Shown: positions 24,486 through 41,100, counted from the stretch's first letter. The stretch is 64,000 nt of DNA from Auanema rhodensis (GCA_964057225.1 OZ059894.1:22630001-22694000), one strand, 5' to 3'. Translations and numbers: made by a program. Notes: generated from the letters alone by a model not told the origin.

Positions 24486-27400
24486 ATGTACACTCAACAT
24501 TGCTTCCAAAAACATTTTGACAAAAATTTTTTCGAGAAATTTCAAAATAATTTAGCAAAAAGTAGATGTTTTTAGATTCCTTTTTTCAAGGCAAAGACGA
24601 TGGACAATGTTATTCAACGAAAAAATTAATTCTTCAGGGTGAAAATCGAAGATATAAGTGTGAACTTATATCAGTTGATATCTCGGTGCATTTTTAAGCT
24701 AGCGCAAATCTGATAACACAGATCGACGCAGCTTTAAAATCCGCATCGAATGCACTATACTACATTGAGAAACGCTTAATACAAAAATTAGTTATGATCG
24801 TTTGAAAAATGATGCATTAGTGTATGTTGAGTTTCCATGTACACTCAACATTGCTTCCAAAAACATTTTGACAAAAATTTTTTCGAGAAATTTCAAAATA
24901 ATTTAGCAAAAAGTAGATGTTTTTAGATTCCTTTTTTCAAGGCAAAGACGATGGACAATGTTATTCAACGAAAAAATTAATTCTTCAGGGTGAAAATCGA
25001 AGATATAAGTGTGAACTTATATCAGTTGATATCTCGGTGCATTTTTAAGCTAGCGTAAATCTGATAACACAGATCGACGCAGCTTAAAAATCCGCATCGA
25101 ATGCAATATACTACATTGAGAAACGCTTAATACAAAAATTAGTTATGATCGTTTGAAAAATGATGCATTAGTGTATGTTGAGTTTCCATGTACACTCAAC
25201 ATTGCTTCCAAAAACATTTTGACAAAAATTTTTTCGAGAAATTTCAAAATAATTTAGCAAAAAGTAGATGTTTTTAGATTCCTTTTTTCAAGGCAAAGAC
25301 GATGGACAATGTTATTCAACGAAAAAATTAATTCTTCAGGGTGAAAATCGAAGATATAAGTGTGAACTTATATCAGTTGATATCTCGGTGCATTTTTAAG
25401 CTAGCGCAAATCTGCTAACACAGATCGACGCAGCTTAAAAATCCGCATCGAATGCAATATACTACATTGAGAAACGCTTAATACAAAAATTAGTTATGAT
25501 CGTTTGAAAAATGATGCATTAGTGTATGTTGAGTTTCCATGTACACTCAACATTGCTTCCAAAAACATTTTGACAAAACTTTTTTCGAAAAATTTCAGAA
25601 TAATTTAGCAAAAAGTAGATGTTTTTAGATTCCTTTTTTCAAGGCAAAGACGATGGACAATGTTATTCAACGAAAAAATTAATTCTTCAGGGTGAAAATC
25701 GAGGATATAAGTGTGAACTTATATCAGTTGATATCTCGGTGCATTTTTAAGCTAGCGCAAATCTGCTAACACAGATCGACGCAGCTTAAAAATCCGCATC
25801 GAATGCACTATACTACATTGAGAAACGCTTAATACAAAAATTAGTTATGATCGTTTGAAAAATGATGCATTAGTGTATGTTGAGTTTCCATGTACACTCA
25901 ACATTGCTTCCAAAAACATTTTGACAAAACTTTTTTCGAAAAATTTCAGAATAATTTAGCAAAAAGTAGATGTTTTTAGATTCCTTTTTTCAAGACAAAG
26001 ACGATGGTCAATGTTATTCAACAAAAAAATCAATTCTTCAGGGTGAAAATCGAGGATATAAGTGTGAACTTATATCAGTTGATATCTCGGTGCATTTTTA
26101 AGCTAGCGCAAATCTGATAACACAGATCGACGCAGCTTAAAAATCCGCATCGAATGCACTATACTACATTGAAAAACGCTTAATACAAAAATTAGTTATG
26201 ATCGTTCGAAAAATGATGCATTAGTGTATGTTGAGTTTCCATGTACACTCAACATTGCTTCCAAAAACATTTTGACAAAAATTTTTTCGAAAAATTTCAA
26301 AATAATTTAGCAAAAAGTAGATGTTTTTAGATTCCATTTTTCAAGGCAAAGACGATGGACAATGTTATTCAACGAAAAAATTAATTCTTCAGGGTGAAAA
26401 TCGAGGATATAAGTGTGAACTTATATCAGTTGATATCTCGGTGCATTTTTAAGCTAGCGCAAATCTGATAACACAGATCGACGCAGCTTAAAAATCCGCA
26501 TCGAATGCATTATACTACATTGAGAAACGCTTAATACAAAAATTAGTTATGATCGTTTGAAAAATGATGCATTAGTGTATGTTGAGTTTCCATGTACACT
26601 CAACATTGCTTCCAAAAACATTTTGACAAAAATTTTTTCGAGAAATTTCAAAATAATTTAGCAAAAAGTAGATGTTTTTAGATTCCTTTTTTCAAGGCAA
26701 AGACGATGGACAATGTTATTCAACGAAAAAATTAATTCTTCAGAGTGAAAATCGAAGATATAAGTGTGAACTTATATCAGTTGATATCTCGGTGCATTTT
26801 TAAGCTAGCGCAAATCTGATAACACAGATCGACGCAGCTTAAAAATCCGCATCGAATGCACTATACTACATTGAGAAACGCTTAATACAAAAATTAGTTA
26901 TGATCGTTTGAAAAATGATGCATTAGTGTATGTTGAGTTTCCATGTACACTCAACATTGCTTCCAAAAACATTTTGACAAAAATTTTTTCGAGAAATTTC
27001 AAAATAATTTAGCAAAAAGTAGATGTTTTTAGATTCCTTTTTTCAAGGCAAAGACGATGGACAAAGTTATTCAACGAAAAAATTAATTCTTCAGGGTGAA
27101 AATCGAAGATATAAGTGTGAACTTATATCAGTTGATATCTCGGTGCATTTTTAAGCTAGCGTAAATCTGATAATACAGATCGACGCAGCTTAAAAATCCG
27201 CATCGAATGCACTATACTACATTGAGAAACGCTTAATACAAAAATTAGTTATGATCGTTTGAAAAATGATGCATTAGTGTATGTTGAGTTTCCATGTACA
27301 CTCAACATTGCTTCCAAAAACATTTTGACAAAATTTTTTTCGAGAAATTTCAAAATAATTTAGCAAAAAGTAGATGTTTTTAGATTCCTTTTTTCAAGGC

Positions 27401-30400
27401 AAAGACGATGGACAATGTTATTCAACGAAAAAATTAATTCTTCAGGGTGAAAATCGAAGATATAAGTGTGAACTTATATCAGTTGATATCTCGGTGCATT
27501 TTTAAGCTAGCGCAAATCTGATAACACAGATCGACGCAGCTTAAAAATCCGCATCGAATGCACTATACTACATTGAGAAACGCTTAATACAAAAATTAGT
27601 TATGATCGTTTGAAAAATGATGCATTAGTGTATGTTGAGTTTCCATGTACACTCAACATTGCTTCCAAAAACATTTTGACAAAAATTTTTTCGAGAAATT
27701 TCAAAATAATTTAGCAAAAAGTAGATGTTTTTAGATTCCTTTTTTCAAGGCAAAGACGATGGACAATGTTATTCAACGAAAAAATTAATTCTTCAGGGTG
27801 AAAATCGAAGATAGAAGTGTGAACTTATATCAGTTGATATCTCGGTGCATTTTTAAGCTAGCGTAAATCTGATAACACAGATCGACGCAGCTTAAAAATC
27901 CGCATCGAATGCAATATACTACATTGAGAAACGCTTAATACAAAAATTAGTTATGATCGTTTGAAAAATGATGCATTAGTGTATGTTGAGTTTCCATGTA
28001 CACTCAACATTGCTTCCAAAAACATTTTGACAAAAATTTTTTCGAGAAATTTCAAAATAATTTAGCAAAAAGTAGATGTTTTTAGATTCCTTTTTTCAAG
28101 GCAAAGACGATGGACAATGTTATTCAACGAAAAAATTAATTCTTCAGGGTGAAAATCGAGGATATAAGTGTGAACTTATATCAGTTGATATCTCGGTGCA
28201 TTTTTAAGCTAGCGCAAATCTGCTAACACAGATCGACGCAGCTTAAAAATCCGCATCAAATGCACTATACTACATTGAGAAACGCTTAATACAAAAATTA
28301 GTTATGATCGTTTGAAAAATGATGCATTAGTGTATGTTGAGTTTCCATGTACACTCAACATTGCTTCCAAAAACATTTTGACAAAACTTTTTTCGAAAAA
28401 TTTCAGAATAATTTAGCAAAAAGTAGATGTTTTTAGATTCCTTTTCTCAAGGCAAAGACGATGGTCAATGTTATTCAACGAAAAAATCAATTCTTCAGGG
28501 TGAAAATCGAGGATATAAGTGTGAACTTATATCAGTTGATATCTCGGTGCATTTTTAAGCTAGCGCAAATCTGATAACACAGATCGACGCAGCTTAAAAA
28601 TCCGCATCGAATGCACTATACTACATTGAGAAACGCTTAATACAAAAATTAGTTATGATCGTTTGAAAAATGATGCATTAGTGTATGTTGAGTTTCCATG
28701 TACACTCAACATTGCTTCCAAAAACATTTTGACAAAAATTTTTTCGAGAAATTTCAAAATAATTTAGCAAAAAGTAGATGTTTTTAGATTCCTTTTTTCA
28801 AGGCAAAGACGATGGACAATGTTATTCAACGAAAAAATTAATTCTTCAGGGTGAAAATCGAAGATATAAGTGTGAACTTATATCAGTTGATATCTCGGTG
28901 CATTTTTAAGCTAGCGCAAATCTGATAACACAGATCGACGCAGCTTAAAAATCCGCATCGAATGCACTATACTACATTGAGAAACGCTTAATACAAAAAT
29001 TAGTTATGATCGTTTGAAAAATGATGCATTAGTGTATGTTGAGTTTCCATGTACACTCAACATTGCTTCCAAAAACATTTTGACAAAAATTTTTTCGAGA
29101 AATTTCAAAATAATTTAGCAAAAAGTAGATGTTTTTAGATTCCTTTTTTCAAGGCAAAGACGATGGACAATGTTATTCAACGAAAAAATTAATTCTTCAG
29201 GGTGAAAATCGAAGATATAAGTGTGAACTTATATCAGTTGATATCTCGGTGCATTTTTAAGCTAGCGTAAATCTGATAACACAGATCGACGCAGCTTAAA
29301 AATCCGCATCGAATGCAATATACTACATTGAGAAACGCTTAATACAAAAATTAGTTATGATCGTTTGAAAAATGATGCATTAGTGTATGTTGAGTTTCCA
29401 TGTACACTCAACATTGCTTCCAAAAACATTTTGACAAAAATTTTTTCGAGAAATTTCAAAATAATTTAGCAAAAAGTAGATGTTTTTAGATTCCTTTTTT
29501 CAAGGCAAAGACGATGGACAATGTTATTCAACGAAAAAATTAATTCTTCAGGGTGAAAATCGAAGATATAAGTGTGAACTTATATCAGTTGATATCTCGG
29601 TGCATTTTTAAGCTAGCGCAAATCTGCTAACACAGATCGACGCAGCTTAAAAATCCGCATCAAATGCAATATACTACATTGAGAAACGCTTAATACAAAA
29701 ATTAGTTATGATCGTTTGAAAAATGATGCATTAGTGTATGTTGAGTTTCCATGTACACTCAACATTGCTTCCAAAAACATTTTGACAAAACTTTTTTCGA
29801 AAAATTTCAGAATAATTTAGCAAAAAGTAGATGTTTTTAGATTCCTTTTTTCAAGGCAAAGACGATGGACAATGTTATTCAACGAAAAAATTAATTCTTC
29901 AGGGTGAAAATCGAGGATATAAGTGTGAACTTATATCAGTTGATATCTCGGTGCATTTTTAAGCTAGCGCAAATCTGCTAACACAGATCGACGCAGCTTA
30001 AAAATCCGCATCGAATGCACTATACTACATTGAGAAACGCTTAATACAAAAATTAGTTATGATCGTTTGAAAAATGATGCATTAGTGTATGTTGAGTTTC
30101 CATGTACACTCAACATTGCTTCCAAAAACATTTTGACAAAACTTTTTTCGAAAAATTTCAGAATAATTTAGCAAAAAGTAGATGTTTTTAGATTCCTTTT
30201 TTCAAGACAAAGACGATGGTCAATGTTATTCAACGAAAAAATCAATTCTTCAGGGTGAAAATCGAGGATATAAGTGTGAACTTATATCAGTTGATATCTC
30301 GGTGCATTTTTAAGCTAGCGCAAATCTGATAACACAGATCGACGCAGCTTAAAAATCCGCATCGAATGCACTATACTACATTGAAAAACGCTTAATACAA

Positions 30401-33400
30401 AAATTAGTTATGATCGTTCGAAAAATGATGCATTAGTGTATGTTGAGTTTCCATGTACACTCAACATTGCTTCCAAAAACATTTTGACAAAAATTTTTTC
30501 GAAAAATTTCAAAATAATTTAGCAAAAAGTAGATGTTTTTAGATTCCATTTTTCAAGGCAAAGACGATGGACAATGTTATTCAACGAAAAAATTAATTCT
30601 TCAGGGTGAAAATCGAGGATATAAGTGTGAACTTATATCAGTTGATATCTCGGTGCATTTTTAAGCTAGCGCAAATCTGATAACACAGATCGACGCAGCT
30701 TAAAAATCCGCATCGAATGCATTATACTACATTGAGAAACGCTTAATACAAAAATTAGTTATGATCGTTTGAAAAATGATGCATTAGTGTATGTTGAGTT
30801 TCCATGTACACTCAACATTGCTTCCAAAAACATTTTGACAAAAATTTTTTCGAGAAATTTCAAAATAATTTAGCAAAAAGTAGATGTTTTTAGATTCCTT
30901 TTTTCAAGGCAAAGACGATGGACAATGTTATTCAACGAAAAAATTAATTCTTCAGAGTGAAAATCGAAGATATAAGTGTGAACTTATATCAGTTGATATC
31001 TCGGTGCATTTTTAAGCTAGCGCAAATCTGATAACACAGATCGACGCAGCTTAAAAATCCGCATCGAATGCACTATACTACATTGAGAAACGCTTAATAC
31101 AAAAATTAGTTATGATCGTTTGAAAAATGATGCATTAGTGTATGTTGAGTTTCCATGTACACTCAACATTGCTTCCAAAAACATTTTGACAAAAATTTTT
31201 TCGAGAAATTTCAAAATAATTTAGCAAAAAGTAGATGTTTTTAGATTCCTTTTTTCAAGGCAAAGACGATGGACAAAGTTATTCAACGAAAAAATTAATT
31301 CTTCAGGGTGAAAATCGAAGATATAAGTGTGAACTTATATCAGTTGATATCTCGGTGCATTTTTAAGCTAGCGTAAATCTGATAATACAGATCGACGCAG
31401 CTTAAAAATCCGCATCGAATGCATTATACTACATTGAGAAACGCTTAATACAAAAATTAGTTATGATCGTTCGAAAAATGATGCATTAGTGTATGTTGAG
31501 TTTCCATGTACACTCAACATTGCTTCCAAAAACATTTTGACAAAAATTTTTTCGAAAAATTTCAAAATAATTTAGCAAAAAGTAGATGTTTTTAGATTCC
31601 ATTTTTCAAGGCAAAGACGATGGACAATGTTATTCAACGAAAAAATTAATTCTTCAGGGTGAAAATCGAGGATATAAGTGTGAACTTATATCAGTTGATA
31701 TCTCGGTGCATTTTTAAGCTAGCGCAAATCTGATAACACAGATCGACGCAGCTTAAAAATCCGCATCGAATGCATTATACTACATTGAGAAACGCTTAAT
31801 ACAAAAATTAGTTATGATCGTTTGAAAAATGATGCATTAGTGTATGTTGAGTTTCCATGTACACTCAACATTGCTTCCAAAAACATTTTGACAAAAATTT
31901 TTTCGAGAAATTTCAAAATAATTTAGCAAAAAGTAGATGTTTTTAGATTCCTTTTTTCAAGGCAAAGACGATGGACAATGTTATTCAACGAAAAAATTAA
32001 TTCTTCAGAGTGAAAATCGAAGATATAAGTGTGAACTTATATCAGTTGATATCTCGGTGCATTTTTAAGCTAGCGCAAATCTGATAACACAGATCGACGC
32101 AGCTTAAAAATCCGCATCGAATGCACTATACTACATTGAGAAACGCTTAATACAAAAATTAGTTATGATCGTTTGAAAAATGATGCATTAGTGTATGTTG
32201 AGTTTCCATGTACACTCAACATTGCTTCCAAAAACATTTTGACAAAAATTTTTTCGAGAAATTTCAAAATAATTTAGCAAAAAGTAGATGTTTTTAGATT
32301 CCTTTTTTCAAGGCAAAGACGATGGACAAAGTTATTCAACGAAAAAATTAATTCTTCAGGGTGAAAATCGAAGATATAAGTGTGAACTTATATCAGTTGA
32401 TATCTCGGTGCATTTTTAAGCTAGCGTAAATCTGATAATACAGATCGACGCAGCTTAAAAATCCGCATCGAATGCACTATACTACATTGAGAAACGCTTA
32501 ATACAAAAATTAGTTATGATCGTTTGAAAAATGATGCATTAGTGTATGTTGAGTTTCCATGTACACTCAACATTGCTTCCAAAAACATTTTGACAAAATT
32601 TTTTTCGAGAAATTTCAAAATAATTTAGCAAAAAGTAGATGTTTTTAGATTCCTTTTTTCAAGGCAAAGACGATGGACAATGTTATTCAACGAAAAAATT
32701 AATTCTTCAGGGTGAAAATCGAAGATATAAGTGTGAACTTATATCAGTTGATATCTCGGTGCATTTTTAAGCTAGCGCAAATCTGATAACACAGATCGAC
32801 GCAGCTTAAAAATCCGCATCGAATGCACTATACTACATTGAGAAACGCTTAATACAAAAATTAGTTATGATCGTTTGAAAAATGATGCATTAGTGTATGT
32901 TGAGTTTCCATGTACACTCAACATTGCTTCCAAAAACATTTTGACAAAAATTTTTTCGAGAAATTTCAAAATAATTTAGCAAAAAGTAGATGTTTTTAGA
33001 TTCCTTTTTTCAAGGCAAAGACGATGGACAATGTTATTCAACGAAAAAATTAATTCTTCAGGGTGAAAATCGAAGATAGAAGTGTGAACTTATATCAGTT
33101 GATATCTCGGTGCATTTTTAAGCTAGCGTAAATCTGATAACACAGATCGACGCAGCTTAAAAATCCGCATCGAATGCAATATACTACATTGAGAAACGCT
33201 TAATACAAAAATTAGTTATGATCGTTTGAAAAATGATGCATTAGTGTATGTTGAGTTTCCATGTACACTCAACATTGCTTCCAAAAACATTTTGACAAAA
33301 ATTTTTTCGAGAAATTTCAAAATAATTTAGCAAAAAGTAGATGTTTTTAGATTCCTTTTTTCAAGGCAAAGACGATGGACAATGTTATTCAACGAAAAAA

Positions 33401-36400
33401 TTAATTCTTCAGGGTGAAAATCGAGGATATAAGTGTGAACTTATATCAGTTGATATCTCGGTGCATTTTTAAGCTAGCGCAAATCTGCTAACACAGATCG
33501 ACGCAGCTTAAAAATCCGCATCAAATGCACTATACTACATTGAGAAACGCTTAATACAAAAATTAGTTATGATCGTTTGAAAAATGATGCATTAGTGTAT
33601 GTTGAGTTTCCATGTACACTCAACATTGCTTCCAAAAACATTTTGACAAAACTTTTTTCGAAAAATTTCAGAATAATTTAGCAAAAAGTAGATGTTTTTA
33701 GATTCCTTTTCTCAAGGCAAAGACGATGGTCAATGTTATTCAACGAAAAAATCAATTCTTCAGGGTGAAAATCGAGGATATAAGTGTGAACTTATATCAG
33801 TTGATATCTCGGTGCATTTTTAAGCTAGCGCAAATCTGATAACACAGATCGACGCAGCTTAAAAATCCGCATCGAATGCACTATACTACATTGAGAAACG
33901 CTTAATACAAAAATTAGTTATGATCGTTTGAAAAATGATGCATTAGTGTATGTTGAGTTTCCATGTACACTCAACATTGCTTCCAAAAACATTTTGACAA
34001 AAATTTTTTCGAGAAATTTCAAAATAATTTAGCAAAAAGTAGATGTTTTTAGATTCCTTTTTTCAAGGCAAAGACGATGGACAATGTTATTCAACGAAAA
34101 AATTAATTCTTCAGGGTGAAAATCGAAGATATAAGTGTGAACTTATATCAGTTGATATCTCGGTGCATTTTTAAGCTAGCGCAAATCTGATAACACAGAT
34201 CGACGCAGCTTAAAAATCCGCATCGAATGCACTATACTACATTGAGAAACGCTTAATACAAAAATTAGTTATGATCGTTTGAAAAATGATGCATTAGTGT
34301 ATGTTGAGTTTCCATGTACACTCAACATTGCTTCCAAAAACATTTTGACAAAAATTTTTTCGAGAAATTTCAAAATAATTTAGCAAAAAGTAGATGTTTT
34401 TAGATTCCTTTTTTCAAGGCAAAGACGATGGACAATGTTATTCAACGAAAAAATTAATTCTTCAGGGTGAAAATCGAAGATATAAGTGTGAACTTATATC
34501 AGTTGATATCTCGGTGCATTTTTAAGCTAGCGTAAATCTGATAACACAGATCGACGCAGCTTAAAAATCCGCATCGAATGCAATATACTACATTGAGAAA
34601 CGCTTAATACAAAAATTAGTTATGATCGTTTGAAAAATGATGCATTAGTGTATGTTGAGTTTCCATGTACACTCAACATTGCTTCCAAAAACATTTTGAC
34701 AAAAATTTTTTCGAGAAATTTCAAAATAATTTAGCAAAAAGTAGATGTTTTTAGATTCCTTTTTTCAAGGCAAAGACGATGGACAATGTTATTCAACGAA
34801 AAAATTAATTCTTCAGGGTGAAAATCGAAGATATAAGTGTGAACTTATATCAGTTGATATCTCGGTGCATTTTTAAGCTAGCGCAAATCTGCTAACACAG
34901 ATCGACGCAGCTTAAAAATCCGCATCGAATGCAATATACTACATTGAGAAACGCTTAATACAAAAATTAGTTATGATCGTTTGAAAAATGATGCATTAGT
35001 GTATGTTGAGTTTCCATGTACACTCAACATTGCTTCCAAAAACATTTTGACAAAACTTTTTTCGAAAAATTTCAGAATAATTTAGCAAAAAGTAGATGTT
35101 TTTAGATTCCTTTTTTCAAGGCAAAGACGATGGACAATGTTATTCAACGAAAAAATTAATTCTTCAGGGTGAAAATCGAGGATATAAGTGTGAACTTATA
35201 TCAGTTGATATCTCGGTGCATTTTTAAGCTAGCGCAAATCTGCTAACACAGATCGACGCAGCTTAAAAATCCGCATCGAATGCACTATACTACATTGAGA
35301 AACGCTTAATACAAAAATTAGTTATGATCGTTTGAAAAATGATGCATTAGTGTATGTTGAGTTTCCATGTACACTCAACATTGCTTCCAAAAACATTTTG
35401 ACAAAACTTTTTTCGAAAAATTTCAGAATAATTTAGCAAAAAGTAGATGTTTTTAGATTCCTTTTTTCAAGACAAAGACGATGGTCAATGTTATTCAACG
35501 AAAAAATCAATTCTTCAGGGTGAAAATCGAGGATATAAGTGTGAACTTATATCAGTTGATATCTCGGTGCATTTTTAAGCTAGCGCAAATCTGATAACAC
35601 AGATCGACGCAGCTTAAAAATCCGCATCGAATGCACTATACTACATTGAAAAACGCTTAATACAAAAATTAGTTATGATCGTTCGAAAAATGATGCATTA
35701 GTGTATGTTGAGTTTCCATGTACACTCAACATTGCTTCCAAAAACATTTTGACAAAAATTTTTTCGAAAAATTTCAAAATAATTTAGCAAAAAGTAGATG
35801 TTTTTAGATTCCATTTTTCAAGGCAAAGACGATGGACAATGTTATTCAACGAAAAAATTAATTCTTCAGGGTGAAAATCGAGGATATAAGTGTGAACTTA
35901 TATCAGTTGATATCTCGGTGCATTTTTAAGCTAGCGCAAATCTGATAACACAGATCGACGCAGCTTAAAAATCCGCATCGAATGCATTATACTACATTGA
36001 GAAACGCTTAATACAAAAATTAGTTATGATCGTTTGAAAAATGATGCATTAGTGTATGTTGAGTTTCCATGTACACTCAACATTGCTTCCAAAAACATTT
36101 TGACAAAAATTTTTTCGAGAAATTTCAAAATAATTTAGCAAAAAGTAGATGTTTTTAGATTCCTTTTTTCAAGGCAAAGACGATGGACAATGTTATTCAA
36201 CGAAAAAATTAATTCTTCAGAGTGAAAATCGAAGATATAAGTGTGAACTTATATCAGTTGATATCTCGGTGCATTTTTAAGCTAGCGCAAATCTGATAAC
36301 ACAGATCGACGCAGCTTAAAAATCCGCATCGAATGCACTATACTACATTGAGAAACGCTTAATACAAAAATTAGTTATGATCGTTTGAAAAATGATGCAT

Positions 36401-38174
36401 TAGTGTATGTTGAGTTTCCATGTACACTCAACATTGCTTCCAAAAACATTTTGACAAAAATTTTTTCGAGAAATTTCAAAATAATTTAGCAAAAAGTAGA
36501 TGTTTTTAGATTCCTTTTTTCAAGGCAAAGACGATGGACAAAGTTATTCAACGAAAAAATTAATTCTTCAGGGTGAAAATCGAAGATATAAGTGTGAACT
36601 TATATCAGTTGATATCTCGGTGCATTTTTAAGCTAGCGTAAATCTGATAATACAGATCGACGCAGCTTAAAAATCCGCATCGAATGCACTATACTACATT
36701 GAGAAACGCTTAATACAAAAATTAGTTATGATCGTTTGAAAAATGATGCATTAGTGTATGTTGAGTTTCCATGTACACTCAACATTGCTTCCAAAAACAT
36801 TTTGACAAAATTTTTTTCGAGAAATTTCAAAATAATTTAGCAAAAAGTAGATGTTTTTAGATTCCTTTTTTCAAGGCAAAGACGATGGACAATGTTATTC
36901 AACGAAAAAATTAATTCTTCAGGGTGAAAATCGAAGATATAAGTGTGAACTTATATCAGTTGATATCTCGGTGCATTTTTAAGCTAGCGCAAATCTGATA
37001 ACACAGATCGACGCAGCTTAAAAATCCGCATCGAATGCACTATACTACATTGAGAAACGCTTAATACAAAAATTAGTTATGATCGTTTGAAAAATGATGC
37101 ATTAGTGTATGTTGAGTTTCCATGTACACTCAACATTGCTTCCAAAAACATTTTGACAAAAATTTTTTCGAGAAATTTCAAAATAATTTAGCAAAAAGTA
37201 GATGTTTTTAGATTCCTTTTTTCAAGGCAAAGACGATGGACAATGTTATTCAACGAAAAAATTAATTCTTCAGGGTGAAAATCGAAGATAGAAGTGTGAA
37301 CTTATATCAGTTGATATCTCGGTGCATTTTTAAGCTAGCGTAAATCTGATAACACAGATCGACGCAGCTTAAAAATCCGCATCGAATGCAATATACTACA
37401 TTGAGAAACGCTTAATACAAAAATTAGTTATGATCGTTTGAAAAATGATGCATTAGTGTATGTTGAGTTTCCATGTACACTCAACATTGCTTCCAAAAAC
37501 ATTTTGACAAAAATTTTTTCGAGAAATTTCAAAATAATTTAGCAAAAAGTAGATGTTTTTAGATTCCTTTTTTCAAGGCAAAGACGATGGACAATGTTAT
37601 TCAACGAAAAAATTAATTCTTCAGGGTGAAAATCGAGGATATAAGTGTGAACTTATATCAGTTGATATCTCGGTGCATTTTTAAGCTAGCGCAAATCTGC
37701 TAACACAGATCGACGCAGCTTAAAAATCCGCATCAAATGCACTATACTACATTGAGAAACGCTTAATACAAAAATTAGTTATGATCGTTTGAAAAATGAT
37801 GCATTAGTGTATGTTGAGTTTCCATGTACACTCAACATTGCTTCCAAAAACATTTTGACAAAACTTTTTTCGAAAAATTTCAGAATAATTTAGCAAAAAG
37901 TAGATGTTTTTAGATTCCTTTTCTCAAGGCAAAGACGATGGTCAATGTTATTCAACGAAAAAATCAATTCTTCAGGGTGAAAATCGAGGATATAAGTGTG
38001 AACTTATATCAGTTGATATCTCGGTGCATTTTTAAGCTAGCGCAAATCTGATAACACAGATCGACGCAGCTTAAAAATCCGCATCGAATGCACTATACTA
38101 CATTGAGAAACGCTTAATACAAAAATTAGTTATGATCGTTTGAAAAATGATGCATTAGTGTATGTTGAGTTTCC
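24486..38174 (-). repeat. 12-mer higher-order repeat (4212 bp), three copies, the middle copy extended by an internal 3-mer duplication
   Basis: Rare markers: CAAGACAAAG at 25991, 30203, 35468; CAGAGTG at ~26742, 30954, 32007, 36219; GACAAAATTTTTTT at 27327, 32592, 36804. Spacings are 4212 (12x351), 5265 (15x351) and 1053 (3x351). Confidence 0.9.
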
Positions 38175-41100
38175 ATGTACACTCAACATTGCTTCCAAAA
38201 ACATTTTGACAAAAATTTTTTCGAAAAATTTCAGAATAATTTAGCAAAAAGTAGATGTTTTTAGATTCCATTTTTCAAGGCAAAGACGATGGACAATGTT
38301 ATTCAACGAAAAAATTAATTCTTCAGGGTGAAAATCGAGGATATAAGTGTGAACTTATATCAGTTGATATCTCGGTGCATTTTTAAGCTAGCGCAAATCT
38401 GATAACACAGATCGACGCAGCTTAAAAATCCGCATCGAATGCACTATACTACATTGAAAAACGCTTAATACAAAAATTAGTTATGATCGTTCGAAAAATG
38501 ATGCATTAGTGTATGTTGAGTTTCCATGTACACTCAACATTGCTTCCAAAAACATTTTGACAAAAATTTTTTCGAGAAATTTCAAAATAATTTAGCAAAA
38601 AGTAGATGTTTTTAGATTCCTTTTTTCAAGGCAAAGACGATGGACAATGTTATTCAACGAAAAAATTAATTCTTCAGGGTGAAAATCGAGGATATAAGTG
38701 TGAACTTATATCAGTTGATATCTCGGTGCATTTTTAAGCTAGCGCAAATCTGCTAACACAGATCGACGCAGCTTAAAAATCCGCATCAAATGCACTATAC
38801 TACATTGAGAAACGCTTAATACAAAAATTAGTTATGATCGTTTGAAAAATGATGCATTAGTGTATGTTGAGTTTCCATGTACACTCAACATTGCTTCCAA
38901 AAACATTTTGACAAAACTTTTTTCGAAAAATTTCAGAATAATTTAGCAAAAAGTAGATGTTTTTAGATTCCTTTTCTCAAGGCAAAGACGATGGTCAATG
39001 TTATTCAACGAAAAAATCAATTCTTCAGGGTGAAAATCGAGGATATAAGTGTGAACTTATATCAGTTGATATCTCGGTGCATTTTTAAGCTAGCGCAAAT
39101 CTGATAACACAGATCGACGCAGCTTAAAAATCCGCATCGAATGCACTATACTACATTGAGAAACGCTTAATACAAAAATTAGTTATGATCGTTTGAAAAA
39201 TGATGCATTAGTGTATGTTGAGTTTCCATGTACACTCAACATTGCTTCCAAAAACATTTTGACAAAAATTTTTTCGAAAAATTTCAGAATAATTTAGCAA
39301 AAAGTAGATGTTTTTAGATTCCATTTTTCAAGGCAAAGACGATGGACAATGTTATTCAACGAAAAAATTAATTCTTCAGGGTGAAAATCGAGGATATAAG
39401 TGTGAACTTATATCAGTTGATATCTCGGTGCATTTTTAAGCTAGCGCAAATCTGATAACACAGATCGACGCAGCTTAAAAATCCGCATCGAATGCACTAT
39501 ACTACATTGAAAAACGCTTAATACAAAAATTAGTTATGATCGTTCGAAAAATGATGCATTAGTGTATGTTGAGTTTCCATGTACACTCAACATTGCTTCC
39601 AAAAACATTTTGACAAAAATTTTTTCGAGAAATTTCAAAATAATTTAGCAAAAAGTAGATGTTTTTAGATTCCTTTTTTCAAGGCAAAGACGATGGACAA
39701 TGTTATTCAACGAAAAAATTAATTCTTCAGGGTGAAAATCGAGGATATAAGTGTGAACTTATATCAGTTGATATCTCGGTGCATTTTTAAGCTAGCGCAA
39801 ATCTGCTAACACAGATCGACGCAGCTTAAAAATCCGCATCAAATGCACTATACTACATTGAGAAACGCTTAATACAAAAATTAGTTATGATCGTTTGAAA
39901 AATGATGCATTAGTGTATGTTGAGTTTCCATGTACACTCAACATTGCTTCCAAAAACATTTTGACAAAACTTTTTTCGAAAAATTTCAGAATAATTTAGC
40001 AAAAAGTAGATGTTTTTAGATTCCTTTTCTCAAGGCAAAGACGATGGTCAATGTTATTCAACGAAAAAATCAATTCTTCAGGGTGAAAATCGAGGATATA
40101 AGTGTGAACTTATATCAGTTGATATCTCGGTGCATTTTTAAGCTAGCGCAAATCTGATAACACAGATCGACGCAGCTTAAAAATCCGCATCGAATGCACT
40201 ATACTACATTGAAAAACGCTTAATACAAAAATTAGTTATGATCGTTCGAAAAATGATGCATTAGTGTATGTTGAGTTTCCATGTACACTCAACATTGCTT
40301 CCAAAAACATTTTGACAAAAATTTTTTCGAGAAATTTCAAAATAATTTAGCAAAAAGTAGATGTTTTTAGATTCCTTTTTTCAAGGCAAAGACGATGGAC
40401 AATGTTATTCAACGAAAAAATTAATTCTTCAGGGTGAAAATCGAGGATATAAGTGTGAACTTATATCAGTTGATATCTCGGTGCATTTTTAAGCTAGCGC
40501 AAATCTGCTAACACAGATCGACGCAGCTTAAAAATCCGCATCAAATGCACTATACTACATTGAGAAACGCTTAATACAAAAATTAGTTATGATCGTTTGA
40601 AAAATGATGCATTAGTGTATGTTGAGTTTCCATGTACACTCAACATTGCTTCCAAAAACATTTTGACAAAACTTTTTTCGAAAAATTTCAGAATAATTTA
40701 GCAAAAAGTAGATGTTTTTAGATTCCTTTTCTCAAGGCAAAGACGATGGTCAATGTTATTCAACGAAAAAATCAATTCTTCAGGGTGAAAATCGAGGATA
40801 TAAGTGTGAACTTATATCAGTTGATATCTCGGTGCATTTTTAAGCTAGCGCAAATCTGATAACACAGATCGACGCAGCTTAAAAATCCGCATCGAATGCA
40901 CTATACTACATTGAGAAACGCTTAATACAAAAATTAGTTATGATCGTTTGAAAAATGATGCATTAGTGTATGTTGAGTTTCCATGTACACTCAACATTGC
41001 TTCCAAAAACATTTTGACAAAAATTTTTTCGAAAAATTTCAGAATAATTTAGCAAAAAGTAGATGTTTTTAGATTCCATTTTTCAAGGCAAAGACGATGG